Shown in pieces: positions 12,301 to 27,300 of a stretch of 64,000 nt of DNA. A program made the position numbers and the translations under genes. Below the pieces are notes generated by a model, which was not told where the DNA came from, ran no database searches, and saw only the letters and a list, made by a program, of their open reading frames with translations. The DNA is from Fimbriosthenelais zetlandica. Taxonomy: Eukaryota. The stretch spans positions 19,530,001 through 19,594,000 of the forward strand of contig OZ365112.1 in assembly GCA_977030845.1 (NCBI GenBank), written 5' to 3'. The first letter of the stretch is position 1; every line of letters begins with the position of its first letter.

Positions 12301-15300
12301 ACTGTGTCACCATGTCACAAAAAAAGCCCAACCATTCACGTGCCTGGAGCCGGTGCAATTCAGCTTCAATCTGAGCATGGAAGACCGCCAAAAGAACCCA
12401 ACCAAAAATAACTTGCACCGGCCCAGGCTACGGGATTGGTTCCGTCAACTGTGAAAGAAAGATTAACAATATTTTTTGTTTGCTTTCTTACTTCCTCACT
12501 GCCTTAATATCACGAAGACTTTACAGGAAATAGCTCGTTTAACTATTATGTTAATAATGACTGAATAGATAGATCACTTCAGATGTTTACAGGTAGGACA
12601 GATAAATTGGTAATTTTGTTTAAGAAACGAGGAAATATATAATATAGTAGTACAGGTGGAAGTTAAAGATTTGTGCTGTTAGAATTACTCATACCATAAG
12701 ATATTTTTAGATGTTCAACGATCGCACAGATTTAGGAAATTATCAGTTATAAGCGAACATTTTTATATCCAAAGTAATTGATATTTTAAGAAGTATTTCC
12801 CATGCAGTCACAAAATAAATCATTATCACTTAAACAAAACCTTCGGGAGTGATAATTAAGAGTGAGTGAATATTTCCAATTTAGTGATTATTTCTGAGGC
12901 AAAATAATGCTGTCGTATACTTAGAACCTTGAAAAAGTGTGATCTCATTGAAGAGTGAACTTACGAAACTTATTTGCATGAATATTAGTGCAGAAACCTT
13001 ATAATTTGAAGAAGGCTGACCAGTCTTATTGTTACTCTCAATTCTTTAAATCACTCATATTTAAATAGAAACAGAATTTGTGTCTTTAAAACATACTCTG
13101 AGACAATTTTCAAACAAATACTGAGCTGGACTAATTACTACGGGACTCTGATCAACTGAATAGTTAAAGCTTATATATGTAGAGGGACAGGCAAATATGG
13201 CAAGGCAGTCACTGTTGCAGTCAATGATGAAAAGCTATGCTGCGGACTTATTGGCACTAGGGGGGCTCAGTATGATTTGGGACTGGGCACTTTGTGACAC
13301 GCATGTTGTAATAGGGTGGGGATGGCAGCTAACACAGTGATCTGCTGTTCACGTAATAGAATGCCTTAGGGACCATATATAATAATGGGGTTTACATGCT
13401 GCATATGTAAGGTTGTCTCCACAATGCTACATCAGGAACCATTCAAACCATATATATCGCTTGCTCACATTAAAAATTATAAAAGTAATCACTATAATTA
13501 TGTGGAAGTGATCTGCTTTCATTCAAACCAAACCAAGACACTGCAGATAATTCACTTGCAGAATTTTTGCTTTCCCAGGCAATAGCTGACCAATCGACAT
13601 TTAAATCATCCATTGAATATATCAGTCAATATCATCATGATTGTTTACCATTCCAACAAAGGTCTTAAGTCCAATATTGTACCGATGATTGCATTCAAGC
13701 AGGAACACACAAGAAATAACAACCATTTGGTGATTACAAGAATGAAATATGCCAAAACGAAAAGAAAAACAACAATCGCAGCAATTTAATGAGGAATAAA
13801 CAAGGATTTCAACAAAAGATCAAGACAGACATAAGAGAGATTATTGAAGTATTGAAGTTTGGCAAGAAGAGAAGGTGTGACTGCAGAAGGACGTAACAGA
13901 ACAACACGTGGTGACACATACAGACATGTCATGAATGGACGTGGTGAGGGACGAGACCGGGTAGGTGGGGAAAAGACTCGATGAACATGAAAGGGCAGTG
14001 TGATATTGGATAAAGATGAGACAAACTAATTTATTGATAAAGGAACCTCTGAAGCTATAGGGACAGACTCCTCTTTATTTTGTCTCATCAATATCCAATT
14101 GTGTTTGCCTCAACCTTGAAATTTGTCCGGACTTCAGCCTGGCATCATTAGAGGAAGGGAGTTTTCAAAGAACTGATCGACAGAGTTTTAGGATCGTATA
14201 TTTTTTCTTTGCTCTCCAGTGGGGGAAGAAGAAAGACCCCATTTTCTCGTACACCAAAAGCATGAACTTGAAGCAATAAAATTCAAACAAAATAAATGAT
14301 ATCAATATACGGGTAGGGTTGTATTATCATGACAAATCATAAACACAATCAAAATCATCGGATTATTCGGAGATTGAAAGAACACAGAAAAAAGAAGGGT
14401 AAGTGGGGGCTTTCTTTTCTTTTTTTCTCTCAAAAGTATTGTCATCTCAAACACCTTTTGCAACTTGTAGGGGCAATTTTGAATTTCAAACCTGCTGTAT
14501 TCTTTTTGCAAAAAACATCCACCGAAAGTAACTCATGCATGGCTTTCATGAAGCCAAAATAATAACTAGGCAGGACAAAACTAATATATGATCTAAATTA
14601 ACAAAGTTACTTTTTACCTACGAAAGTCACATTTACAGCAGTGGATTTAATCGATAAAAGGAGTATTAGATACAATATAGCAGGTTCTTTACTTTACTGT
14701 GAAAGGCTGAGAACGGCTATCGACAAGTTAACTGAAAAGAAAGGGGGGATCAACATGTTTATCAGTATAAACATATTAGTAAGGACAAATCAAAGTGAAG
14801 GTATAAGTAGCGAATGGCTAGTTCAAAAATGATATCATTTCAGTCAAAAATCACGCATATGCATGGCCATTACTATTGTGAGTGGATTATATAATGCTTG
14901 ATTGGAAATGGAAAAGCAAAAAGCGAAGCCTTAATAATTACAACCCTCCATCGGCACCAAGTAAAATTCCATTTTACATTACAAGCCAAGCCCTTCTATT
15001 GGCTTTGGCTGTGTTTATAGTCCTCCTCAGCCACCAAAATTTCTTTTCAAAATGATATAATAAACGATATATTGTTTCAAAATTTGGATTTTTTATGATG
15101 ATTGCCAGTCTTCCTGAATCTATCAGTAGGTGGTGTGAGATGAATAGGGGTTACTTTGACCGCATGCCATGAGTTAGAGCAATGGTTAGCAGCACCCGAA
15201 CAGCAGCTCGATCGGTCATCTTCCGCACAAACCGGTGACTCGCGCCTCGGCTAGCGGGACTCTAGAGGCGACTAGTGAGCATCCTGGGGAACAGCCAAGA

Positions 15301-18300
15301 CTATACACCTGCTACAACGACATGACTCCACATGCAATTTACCCAAGAAAATCCCACCACCAAAAACTCCCAAAAAAACAAACCAAACCAGAAAATAATA
15401 GGAAAGGTCCACTGTAGTTGTAATGACAGCTCGTGGATAAAGGTTAAGCATGGCTTTGACTAAATGCAGCAGAGCCTTTTCTTCATCCATCTTTCTTACG
15501 ATATTGCTAAATTTTTCTGACTTTCATTTACCAACTTCAAATTTAGGGGATAGATTACTACTGTCATGTCAATGCAACAGGTTTCTAATGAATGTAACCA
15601 GGCTTAGTTACTGATAATATCATCATGCAATTTGAATCATTCCCCGCGATGCGATATAGATATGGATATATAGATGATCAGTTTCTAGTCATTAACGTTA
15701 AAAGCATTGCGCTCTAGGTGCACACCCGGTGCTTACAGCCGGGGGTTAATGGGTTAGAGTGGAAATCAAAAGAAGCACGCAAAACTGACAACTTACGCTT
15801 ACCAGTGATACTGCACAGCAAACGCAGGGTGGGCGTGTCTGCACCGTATTGGTTGATCATGCCCTTCTGAGCTGCCTTGGGCAGCGGTATTGTAAGAGTG
15901 ATAGGCTTGTGGAACTTGCGGCGGCGCGGCTCCACTGTCACTATTGGACTAACAGCAACTCGGTTACCAAGTAATTTTGAAACCATTTCAGGCTGAATAG
16001 GCTGTGCCTGTTGGTGAGTACAGAGAATACAAGTTAACAGGATTTGCAGTTGGTATGCTATGTAATATGAAAACATGAAATATATATTATCAATACATTT
16101 AGAACATAAAGGTTTTCTTCAAGCAATCAAGCACTGACCTGGAGTCCTACTCTGATCTTTTTAGTGAGGGAACCCTCTGGGAAGACAGCCTGAACTTGCG
16201 GGACCACCGTTGAGCTGAGCATGCCCGAGTCTGGCCCGATGGATTTGTTCTCCTGCCGGATGCGGGTCACCACAGCGAAGTACTGAGGGAAGTCAGTGGT
16301 GAGGATACGCGTGATCCTCTTGTTATACAGTTCCTCAGCACTTTCCAGATCTATGAAACAGAAGAGCGTGTTAAACAAACTGCATATCGCAAGCCTGCAG
16401 TTAAAGACCTTCATAGGACCCATGACAGTAAATGGCATGGGAAGTGAAGTCAGTGAGCATGGCATGCACTGAAAAGTAATAAATGTTAAATAGTTAATTC
16501 ATTGAGTAATTGCTTAAGAAAAGCATTATAAGATTTGGAGGGCGATGGTCACTGGATTGACCCAGGAAAACTTTCTATAATGTTGGTATACAGGCATAAC
16601 GGAGGTTATTACAGGCTGGATAGAAATTCGCTTAGTCGGAAGCTTAATGATCAAGGGATCTTTCTACTTGTGAGACATTATTTTTCCTACAATTAATTCA
16701 GGATGTTACTTTCAGTATCGCTTTCCGAGTAATCTTCAATGATAGAAAGAAAGTCTAAGAAGGGAGCATCATAACAGGGAAATATGAAACATTCCAAAAG
16801 GGAATGTGATCTTAGAAATGGATTATATAAAAAAACTTAATCTTGTAATAGAAGGCTGCGATAATAGATTTCGGCATCAAAAGGAAGCTAATGCATCAGG
16901 GGGCTAACTTGTCAAAGTCCATGCAGTGTTAGTAACAGGGCACAACGTCACCAAAGCTTTTTGTAAGCATGGAGTAATTCTTTCATTTCAGCAGCAGTCT
17001 ATATTAATTGTAGGGGAACTTTTAAGACTCTTTTTTGCAACAAACGAAATCTTAACTCATTGAATGGTTCAAATTCCAATCAACTAAAACATAAAAGAAG
17101 AATAAATAGTGCTATAAGCAGAAGACCTTGTCTCAGCCAGTCCGTGTCTACAACGTCAACTACAGATGTCAGAACATTTTGTATCATTTGGAGGGTCTAT
17201 TGAATGCTGTATATCAGCCAAATAGGGACGTCGGGGGCACCAGAAATGTTCAAGGTTCTACATTTACATCAGAAAACACCTGAGACAAAGTTCCCTGTTT
17301 ACATCTCGCCACTCAAACCTGATGTTCAACTCAAAACCTCCACAATGCTAATCACTCAAGGGGAGCATGAGCTTGCCACAGCTGGTGAACCAAATGAGCA
17401 GAAGAAGGAGGATGAGAAGACTGTGATGGTGTACATAGGAAGAGGAGCTAGAAAACTCGGCATGCCATATGACCATGGCCATGCTGACAATTGTAATCAC
17501 CTTCACCTTCAAAACTGCCATTGAGAGCCTGGTGTATGGCCTCTTCTGTGGCTTCCATGGTGTGTTCTCTCCAGTTCTCTCCATTATCAGCCCGCAGGAT
17601 GACTATCTCACGTTCCTTACCGCGCAATGACGCAAAGTGCGGAACCTCAATGATCACCGGCCTGAATAAAGAGACATGTTTATAATGACATCCCTTGCAC
17701 ATCAGAAAATAGTTTATATTTCATATACATGTGGAGATATTCATCGTTACAGTGAACAGGCATACCCCTGGAACTTGGCACCGACGGGTCCCATTTCAAG
17801 GATTCGTGAAGCGAGTGCCTCGCCCTCCATGAGTGGGGGAGGATGTATCAGCTTTTCCTTCTTCACGAGTTTGCACGTGACGCGAGTGGGCATGCATGCC
17901 TTGCCTGGTGGTACAATAATTCGCACGCCCGAGTGGCGGCAGCCTCTCATGGCTCCGCCACGGGCATCAACCATGAAGCTCACTAGGAAACTGAAAGTGT
18001 AAGAACATACATTTAGACATTTCCCAAGGAGATGTCCACTCAATCAAAATTGTTCAATTAGCATGCCATGCATTTAGCTGTGGACAGTATAAAATCAATG
18101 GGATTAAAGTTTTAACTTTAATTATTCCATATAAGAAAAAAAATAGATGTTTTATTATTGTTATCAGGGAGTAACATGTTTTGACTAGATTTGACTAGAC
18201 AAAATAGCATCTAAAAATAAATTAGAATAAATTCCAAAATGGTTAAGTTGTATGGTTTTCTCATTAGAAAATTATTTTTAAAAGAACAATTCCTCTCTTA

Positions 18301-21300
18301 CAATTACTCCTTAAAACACCAACCTAATTCTTATGGATTGACAAGTATTCTTACAGCGACAGAAAGATAATTATTTCTGTTATTTTATATTCAAATCTTG
18401 AACTGATGAGATTCTTAAAGAACTTTTAAAATCACTGTTAAATATAGTATAGGCATCAGAGTCCTTTTGAAGTAAAAATCTTTTCATTCTTTTTGATTAT
18501 TTCAATTGTAGTTTCCATGTTAGAGAAGCATTCTGACCACATAACAAGGATGGGGAAAGCCAGGATAATAAGCTGGCATTAGAGACATCCGTTGCCTGAC
18601 AGAAAGCCCATCATTTGTAACTCATCATGAGGGGAAACATATTGGCAACATAGAGATATACAAGTCATGCTTCTCTGAGAGTACTAAACAATAGAAAAAA
18701 TCAATGTAGTTTGGAAAAGATTTTAACAATATAATATGTTTTAAAAACCAAAAAACACTTATACAATCATATACAGAAAAGAAAAAATTGGTAATTGTAT
18801 TTATAAAACTAAAACAAAATAACAAAGCAATCTCATCTTTCACAAATTTTGGCACACTTAAAATGATTTAACATGAAATTGCTTAAAAGAGTGATTCATA
18901 TGAAACTCCATTTTAAAACCTTGCAAATTCGATTTTCAGGTGGTGGATATCCATCCTTGACAAGGATAGCTAACTCACAAACCACACTCAAACTTGAAGC
19001 CCTATGTATACTTACAAAATCAAAACTAATATAAACTAGGATCTTGTCTAATAAAGGAATATATTAGTAGGTCCCTTACTGGCCATTATACCACAAATGT
19101 TAGTTGTACAATATACTTGTCCAACATAAATTGTTATAAGCCAGTTAGGCCCAACACAAGTCATATTTAGTAAGGGTATCAACAGCCTCATATATATAGC
19201 CGCAAGGCCTCATTTATGGCGTGTGAAGAAAATAACTTGGGTCTCGAGCTGGGAGGGTTGCATTCAAATGCACTCCAGGCTTATGAATGAAATTTGTTGG
19301 ATATACTCGAAAATTTCTGGCGTGACATTATGCTGAGTCCCACGGGCGAGACTATAGGGGAGAAATAGTGTAATCATTTAATTAATGGGTGTGTGAGAGA
19401 AGAGTTATTTACATGTTAACGCCACAAACACATGTGGGGACATTTACAGCAATCGTAACAGCAGCGCCTCATTGAGAATTTGTTTGGCAACATGGACTTC
19501 AGCAACATAGACGTTCATGACTTTATAATGATCCACCAAAGGAGATTTATTGCAAAGGGATAGAATATAACCATTTGCCCAAACTTCCAGCCCTCCATCT
19601 ATTTTACCTGGTTATTATGCACTTGTCAATCGCAATAAGTACCGTATGCCCATGACCTATTTGGCAGAGGGGGATGGAGTAGTTTTTGGTTCATTCCCAT
19701 CTTCATGAAAGCAACAGAACCACTTCCGGTTACCCTTAGACAGCCAGAACCATTACAGGATTGCTTTTCTTTTAGCATGCATTCATGGGGGTAGACCGAG
19801 ATATTGCAACTGACAAGTCCATAATTAAGCTTAGTTTTGCTACTGTGTCTTGCCTTAATCTGTGTGCAAGGTGAATAGGATGACTATTCCATCTAGTGGA
19901 CCACCTGTCACTAGCTATTTCCCCAAGCACAATCACCACTGGTGGATCAGGAAACCCCCCCATCCCGCAAAAAAACAGCACAGGTTTATGCATGTTCAGT
20001 TGTTCTCTTAATATGTACGTGTTGAAGTCTTAATATAAATGCACTCTATAGACACTTGATTAAAGCAGATGTTTTAGTTAGAGAGGTGTTAATTGAGAGT
20101 ATGTTATTATCCTTAGGCCTGACACAATATCGTCCAAAATACCTATCCAGAGTACTCACGTTCTGTATCAAAGGGACAGATATACAGTGTTAAAATCATC
20201 CTCTATGGCATCTTTTCAATGTCATGTATTGTGGCCTTTCAAATGGATGCATTTATATGTTTTTTCAGTGCATTTCTTGTATCTGACGTTGATATAATTT
20301 ACTTTTAAAAATGTTTTAATATTCTACCCCAGAGAAATACCCGAGACTTTTTAGGTCGATCATCAGAATGGAACTATGCTCCACATACAATGTATATAAA
20401 TAATAATAAATAAATAATGTGAAATATATCAAGGTAATGACTGAAGACACAGGAATGCACGAGACATACTTTACATGAAATTCTAACTAGACACACCTTT
20501 AAAATAATCAGCACTGTTCATCACAATAAAATACAGTTAAAATCATTATAAACAATCAACAGAAAAAACAATACATCTAAAGTATAGAAAAAGAGTGAAA
20601 AAATAACATATTATGACACCACTTGTTTACCTCTTCCATTGTAGTTTGCTGCAATTCCAAACAGTAGCAAGAAAAGTGGAAAGAGAGAAAGAAGTAGGCA
20701 GTGAGCTTTGTAGGCAGACTAACAGAACATTTTCTTCCCATCTAATTTCACCTCGTACTAAATTCTGCAATCCTATGACAAGTTTAAAAGCAGTGACTTT
20801 GTAGAATATTCCCCAACTAGATGCAGTTGCAATGCCTATGGGCACTATGTTGAGTATCCCTGAGCTTGAAGCATGCCTACAGGCACTCTATGTAGAATAT
20901 CCCCTGAGCTTGAAGCAGTAACAATGCCTACAGGCACTCTATGTAGAATATCCCCTGAGCTTGAAGCAGTAACAATGCCTACAGGCACTCTATGTAGAAT
21001 ATCCCCTGAGCTTGAAGCAGTAACAATGCCTACAGGCACTCTATGTAGAATATCCCCTGAGCTTGAAGCAGTAACAATGCCTACAGGCACCATGTGGTAT
21101 ATATCCCATAAGGCATTAAATTTCTAGAGCTAAGTTTGAAGTAAATAAGCAAGAGCAGGCACTAGGGTATGCATGGATACCATTTTATGTTTAAATCAAA
21201 ATTGTGCAAGCAGGCCCTTCATGATTACGTTCCATTAAGAAATGCACGATGAAGATCATAAATCTGCATGAAATTACCCCTGCCCCATCATTACATATAT

Positions 21301-24300
21301 AATGCACCACAAGATAACCAATAGTGTGTTACATATGATATTTTCAGTTCATGAAATATATGTAGAGTAGATTATTGATTCATGTACGCGCAATAAATTG
21401 AGTGTTATTGGAAACTGAAAGGTTGACCTACTTAATCTAGATTAGTAATAGTAAAAGCTAGGCATGCGAAAGTAAGTGTTCTATGTGCTTCTATCTAACA
21501 ACACACACCCTGTAATCCGGCTGCCGCGAGATACAATGGAATCATCGTGAAGGGAAGAACTATTTTCAATCCTATAAAAAGAGTAGAAAACACCAGGCAC
21601 ACATAGCACCATGTCAATAGGCAGCCACAAACTTCAGAAAAGGAAAAGAATTCCTTTTCAGAATACTTATATAAAGATCTTTGGAGTAGTCACGAGAAGG
21701 GGATGTAAAACAACTTGGAAGGAAAAAGTCCTTAGGATGAGCAAGAATGTTATCCTTTAGCATTTCTTCCTTCCAAATTTGAAAAAGTTTTGAAGATTTG
21801 TAGTTAATGGCTGATACTCTGTGGACCTTGAAAGTCGGGTCTCAGAGAGCTACTCATTCCACATGACTTTTTGATACGGGAGCAATAGGCAGCAATTGGT
21901 TACAAACAATTCTAGGGGATACTAGAATGTCTTAATATCTAAATTTAATTTTGAGTATGAATCTGAATGATTCATATTATACAGATGAAGTTTTGACGGT
22001 CATTTTCCGATATCCCCATAGAAATGTTACACTGAACCCAAGCCGAAAGCTAAATGGTACTCATAAAATTGACACAGAGGAGAAGTAAAACAGGCTATCA
22101 TGAAGCATTACAAAAACATGCCTCTTGTCTATATACATTGTATAACAGATAACAACACTTCAATCTACAAGTGCTTCTTATAAAGCTAAAAACATAATAT
22201 TCAAAAAATCTGAGGATAAGTGTACAGGTATATGGCATATATCTAGAGCTGGATATATAAAAAAAAACATGCTTTTCTAAATTCAGTGCAAGACCAACTA
22301 GGATAAATTAAAGAAAAGGGTTTGATGTAAAATAAATAGAATGGAGCTCCTACCCTGAATAGAGTGGTTGACTTGAGGGAGGCACGTTGTCAGGATCAAA
22401 GCTGGATGAGAAAGATACTCCGCTGTAGGAACCGTACATTGCAGGTCGCTGGTCCTCCTGCGCAGCCCCGGACTTGGCCGCGTAGATCGAGGGCGCCGAA
22501 GCGGGTACTATCATCTTTTCCTCCTAATTTAAACAGATCCGAGATGTTGAATAATATCTTGTGAAATACATTAGAGATAAATGTTTCCCTCAAGGCATAA
22601 ATTATTTTAAATTAAGTTTCGCCAGGATGTAATGATTCAAATTCAATGAACAATTAGTATGTGTAAAACATGATCCTTAATTTAGGTATGAAACAAGATT
22701 GACCTACATTAACACAGGTACCTTTAATCAATTACCTTCATTGATAAATGTATAACATGTTGTACCTGTTACATTATTCAGTTTCACTTTACCAAATTTT
22801 TTGAGTTACAGTATGAATATATTAATTGATCTAAGGAAGTTTCTGATATTTTATCTCTAAGATAACCCTAAGATAACCTATTTCTTCTTCTTGTCCTATC
22901 CATAAATACCCATCTACCAACAGAAGCCACTTTAATTGATATCATTCAGTGTTCATCTGTCACAATTGACTTACCGTTTGTTTCATTCATATTCCCCCAT
23001 CTCTTGCACAACTCATGCTCTGTGGCAATCAATTTGCCTTTGAAATAGAAACCTTTTAGAAGGCAAGGTATATATTCTGGGTTCACACGAAAACTACAAA
23101 TTGGGATAGGCTTTGCCCAACTGTAAAACGTGTGCACTCCAACGTGCCCGTGTGTTAGTAGGGATTAGTTAAAGGATATGCAACCAAAAGTGTTCATATC
23201 CTGTTACAGAGTCAGGGAATTGGTTCCATTGCGAGGGTTAGTATTAATTTCAAAGCGTTCTTCCTTACTGAAAATGTCAGTAGGTTTTCTTTTGCGGAGG
23301 ATAGGCAGAAAGTTTAAAGAGGGGACAGGGTCAAGGGTTGACGAAATAATGATACGGAAGAGGAAGTGGAAGAACAGGAACCCTCGGCGCAAAAATTTTA
23401 CCTGCATCTGTTCAGCAAAAACGGGGCCGAAGTCTGCTGAATCATCAGCATCAAAGGTATGATCCTTGTAGAGTCGGGAGTCATCGGGACCCATAGTTGA
23501 GACAGAGGCGTTTGTGCTAAACCGTTCCATGAACATGAACTCGTCCTAAACAGACACCAACAGCCACCAAAAAACATAAACAATCAAAGGAAAAAATAAT
23601 AATATGCAAAACCGAGTGACCTTCTCATGATCTCATCCATATATTCAGAATGACCGGGATGTAAGTCAAGCTTATATTTAATTCTGATCCATGTCAAAAA
23701 TTAATGATTTAACAACGTTGGATGAAGCAATCAAGAGTAGTATATGACCCAGAGAAACCAGGTCATTTCTGGTTTCAAATGACATCATCATAAGGTCACA
23801 TAAAGTCATGCAGCCAAGTCGATCCCTACAAGTGAGGTCGTACAACATGAAGCAATGGCAACCGGTGGCACCAACCAACCATCCTATAACGGGGAAGATG
23901 GGGTATAATTTTCCTAGGATTAGATAGTAAACCATTTATCCAGCTGTGTACAGTGTACCACACTTCACAGGGGGTGTGGCCAACACAATGACCAATGACT
24001 CTAAGCCTGTAGAAAGCTTGACCCACCTTTTGGAGATGTCCTTCAACTTCCATGTTTAAGAACCTTATCCTGCACCGTATTGATCAAGCTATCCACAGGT
24101 AAGTGTTTCAGTCCTTCTTTTCAATGATGGTAGATCAAATTGACGTTTAACTTGTAAATTTCTTCAAGGATCTTTTTAAAATATGGTCCAGTCACGTTTG
24201 TATATGCGTATCCACTCAGTCAGACCCAATCAGGTAAGGAGTCGTGGGAGATTAACATGTATAGGAATGTACATGATTGTGTAGTACAGCCAAAACTATT

Positions 24301-27300
24301 TTAAGCATTCAGTGAAGTGGTCTCAGACTCTGAGAGAGTGTATTATATCATTGAGAGGTCAGGACCGTCAATACTGTCGGATCCATGAGCACAATTTTGG
24401 CGAATGGTCAAATGTTGATATATTAATACTCTCCACGACAAATATTATACATCTGAGTGTATGTATGTGCCTGTTCCGAATGTTGGCCTATATGGCCGAT
24501 TGAATTTAAATAGCAGTGAGTATGTTTCCTCCTGTTTTTGTCTGGGTCTCTTTTCACCATCCCTGACGAAGACTGGGTTTCAATTTGAATAGTCTGACAT
24601 ATATAAAAGTCTGGGGCAATGGCCACTATCTAACCAGGCGGAAAAGGCAGACCGAGAGGTCTGAAGTCCAAATAATTGGCATAGATTTTTATGACAATGT
24701 TACTCGAGAATATATTCTGTACTCTACATCTGATAATGGAAATGTCATTATCTCCGAAAGGTTCAAATATTAATGAAAGGAGGCTGAAATAAATCGGTTG
24801 GTGCCACGATTACCCAGTTTCAGATAATGTATATGTATATAGGATAAACACAACACCCATTCATATAGAAAATGGATATACTTGGCAAAATACATTACTG
24901 TAGAATTGATATATATTCATTATTGAATTGATAATTGAAAATTTACAGCAAGACATGACAATCACTCTGTGCACTGGAGAAAGTAAATAATTTGCATTTT
25001 GAGAGCACAATATCCAAAAATCAGTTAACATACAAGCTATGTCAAGGTAGTGGAATGATATAAAATATTTTAAGATTCCTAGAGGCAAACTATAGGATAG
25101 GCAAAGGTGGTTTTTACAAAAGCAAACTAAAGCTATATACTTATATACTAGGAGAGCTAAAAGTACTTGAACAAGAGCTAAGCTATTTTGACGCATGATG
25201 TATTGAAAAAGTATGGCACTAGCAGATCTAGACATAATATAATAGCAGGAGCGAAAGTAAATCCACCAATGGTAAAGTGATGACTACATGGCTAGATGAT
25301 AATGGTGAAATACTGGTGCTAGACAATACAAAGTATAATGCATGCAATTTATACTTTCAGCTGTAGGCGTCCACAAAGGACGAGGCCTCAATTATTACGG
25401 ATCCTCAACTGGTGCACCCATTACCATTTATATTCCACTAAATATACTCTAATAAGGCATTATATTGCAGGGAATTTCTGTTAAAATACCGCGGGATTAG
25501 CTCAGGCAACCTAGAGCGGCCCCCAAATGACATGTACCAAAATATCATTATCTCTTTCAGGGTGAAAGAACTTGCCCCTAAGGGAAATTATCTTTTCAAT
25601 GACAGAGGACAATTTAATATGAATTTACTTGCAATTTCATATCGTTATCATTTGGTTTTCATCCCACAGAATTCACAGAGATTCACTGTAAAGTAACGCC
25701 AGATTAGAGCAATAAGTTTTATCAGGGATAGGGGCTACTATGACACCCTTATACCTGTGATTGGTACGTGTGACTTGGGCGGGGAAGTCTTGGAACCAAA
25801 GCAGCGCAAATCAATTGATATTCTATTGCTTAACCATTGCAGGTTAGCATTTGTACTTCACCTGGCCTTACGCCTACAAGACACTAAGTACTAGTTGTTG
25901 TTATCGTAATTATTTCGATCAGTCACCAAAGCCTATAATCTAGTGGCCCTTATAAGCTTCTTCACTATGACTAATGACCTGTCTTTGGGCTTAATCAGAG
26001 AGCTCTACACCTTAACCCTGCGGTCATAATCCTACGAAAGCGTCTGATATTAGGGTCAATCCCTACATACTGCCTTATTCTCAACCTTAAACCTCTAGGA
26101 CTATATGTAATTGTAACACCTTATGTGATGGCGCCTATGAGGCACCGCCTTAGTGAATTCTTTTATAAATATACCTGCCTACCAACCTCTTACAAGCGTT
26201 TGTTGGGATACGTCCCAGAAACCAGGCCCTTTTTGATTCAGGAATGACCTTCTGAAAGGCAATGCCCTTTACTCTCTCAAGATTTCTATTTGACATAAGG
26301 TGGTGGATGGAAGAGACTTTTCTGAAGGGAGAATTTTGATCAAAATCGTCGAAATTCATGAACATCACACTGGTGTGGAGTGGACACTTTATGAGAGTAA
26401 AAGGGCACTTTTCAGACGATCAAGCACCTCGGTAGGGAAGGGCTTGGATATCGTTGGTAGGCAGTGGTCTTTTACGTACCTTAATTGGTGTGATGGAATC
26501 GTCACCAAGGAACTTCATGTCATCGATGGACATCGAGTGGTCTCCCAAGATGGTGTCCTCACCTACAAAAGAGGCTTAGTGAGCCAAGCCCAACCAGAGG
26601 GGAGTTGTGGTTAATAGACACACACACAACACAAAGCAGAACTAACAGGCAGAGGGAAGGAAGACAAAGATTAGAACCTTCTCAGACTGAGATTTTTACG
26701 GTGAACCTGTTGGTGAAAACACAGCTCTTCCGTGATGAAGATCTTAATATGTTTTCTCCACAATCTTATCAGAGAAAATCCGTAAAAACCACAAGCATAG
26801 CTGAGAAAGGGAAAGGTGGGTACCATGAGGGTGTCCAAGGTTTAACACTAGGGGGAAACCTCCAAAGGAGAAGCTCAATATTCACTCAGTTCAATACACA
26901 ATGGCTTTTGTATTTCATTTCAACTTTTCCACTAAATATCTTTGTGGTACGATGCACAGATGTAGAGGATTGTTGTGTCAATCAATGACTTTTCAATAAA
27001 TTTGAATGGGTCTCTTTCTATTTAACACCCTCATGGGCTGGTTAAGTGGTCAGGCTAGTGGTGGTGTTCCTGCTGGTTATCATACACATGCATGTTGACT
27101 GTGTACAATAGGTCAGTGGAGAGGGACTCTGATACTGGGGAAAACTATATAGGAAAACCCCCCAATGAAAGAAAATCAGGTCATGACTGAGAATGAATAG
27201 GATTCAACATTGTTTTCAATACCTACATGGAACCAAATTGTTCTACAAGAATAACAAATAAAGATTGATAAAGTGAACAATAGATTAAGGGGCATATATA

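Noticed and set aside
20845-21127. ORFs on both strands made of 17-aa repeats
   Set aside because: Artefact of a 51-bp (multiple of 3) stop-free minisatellite; no splice sites fit the phase-2 intron.
23880-23915. Apparent AG...GT microexon in the phase-0 linker intron
   Set aside because: The phase-0 reading hits TAG before the donor.
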